Shown: positions 42,085 through 42,500 of the stretch, in pieces | Layout of the letters: the number at the start of each line of letters is the position of its first letter | Numbering within the stretch: position 1 is the stretch's first letter | Virus record (IMG/VR): IMGVR_UViG_3300038415_000202 | Location: 1 to 42,500 of that record | DNA length: 42,500 nucleotides | Reading direction: 5' to 3' (one strand) | Origin: a virus | Taxonomy: Duplodnaviria; Caudoviricetes | The notes under the pieces: generated by a model | The model's input: only the letters and a program-made list of their open reading frames with translations | The model's database searches: none | Told to the model about the DNA's origin: nothing | Position numbers and translations under genes: made by a program

Positions 42085-42500
42085 ATGGCACTAAAAACTT
42101 ATACTGATAAAGAATCAAAGGAAATCCTAATCAAACATACCAAATGGCTATTAGGCGACAAAGAAGGTAAAAGAGCAAACCTGGGAGGAGCAAACCTGGA
42201 AGGAGCAAACCTGGAAGGAGCAAACCTGGAAGGAGCAAACCTGGAAAGAGCAAACCTGGAAGGAGCAAACCTGGAAGGAGCAAACCTGGGAGGAGCAAAC
42301 CTGAGAGGAGCAAACCTGGAAGGAGCATACCTGGGAGGAGCAAACCTGGAAGGAGCATACCTGGGAGGAGCAAACCTGGAAGGAGCATACCTGGAAGGAG
42401 CATACCTGAAAGGAGCAAACCTGAAAGGAGCATACCTGAAAGGAGCAAACCTGGAAGGCACAGAAGTTGTTGAAGTTATCTCACTACTACCCTTCACTAT
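42085..42500 (+). CDS. Pentapeptide repeat protein, 3' truncated by window edge
   Basis: AGGAGG RBS; ILIKHTKWL..GKR then 19 x A(N/Y)LxG-type units. Confidence 0.9.
   Translation, partial: MALKTYTDKESKEILIKHTKWLLGDKEGKRANLGGANLEGANLEGANLEGANLERANLEGANLEGANLGGANLRGANLEGAYLGGANLEGAYLGGANLEGAYLEGAYLKGANLKGAYLKGANLEGTEVVEVISLLPFT
42175..42459 (+). repeat. 19 tandem 15-bp repeats (consensus GCAAACCTGGAAGGA)
   Basis: Directly visible. Confidence 0.95.

Noticed and set aside
1-42500. Stop-codon reassignment suggested by abundant TAG/CTA
   Set aside because: Conserved genes are full length in the standard code and several end at TAG exactly where the next gene begins.

Overview
A 42.5 kb segment of a large, AT-rich bacterial dsDNA virus (phage). 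No capsid, terminase or tail gene is recognisable in the window. A long minus-strand block (about 600-33200) carries replication, recombination and nucleotide-metabolism genes: a protein-primed-type family B polymerase with unusual motif substitutions, a UDG/3'-5' exonuclease/PolA fusion, HD and MazG-like hydrolases, a stand-alone TSCPD domain, HNH, Cas4-like nuclease, RNase H, NADAR, RusA, a DUF669-like SSB and a Rad52/Sak annealing protein, plus many small membrane proteins. Dispersed through this block is an expanded 7-deazaguanine pathway: FolE, QueD, QueE, QueC, QueF and a TGT/DpdA-like transglycosylase, plus second divergent copies of QueC, QueE and the transglycosylase, and a GNAT/MazG-like fusion between the QueC paralogue and queF. 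A divergent sigma70 promoter region (33345-33735) separates this block from a plus-strand early-type block (SNF2 helicase, DUF3846- and DUF4326-like, HAD, BRCT, hexapeptide and pentapeptide repeat proteins). Four observations stand out. (1) AG/CT dinucleotides are abundant almost everywhere but absent or nearly absent from about 120-nt windows over the sigma70 promoters, which suggests AG-directed guanine hypermodification with unmodified promoters. (2) There is an array of structured RNAs, several being tRNA scaffolds with greatly expanded arms (28356-29262, 30716-30999, 31418-31474). (3) A canonical-looking -1 ribosomal frameshift signal adds a membrane anchor to an unknown protein. (4) The GNAT fusion and paralogous Que enzymes point to an undescribed preQ1 derivative. 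All assignments are by-eye motif recognition and manual base-pairing; no database search or folding program was run.
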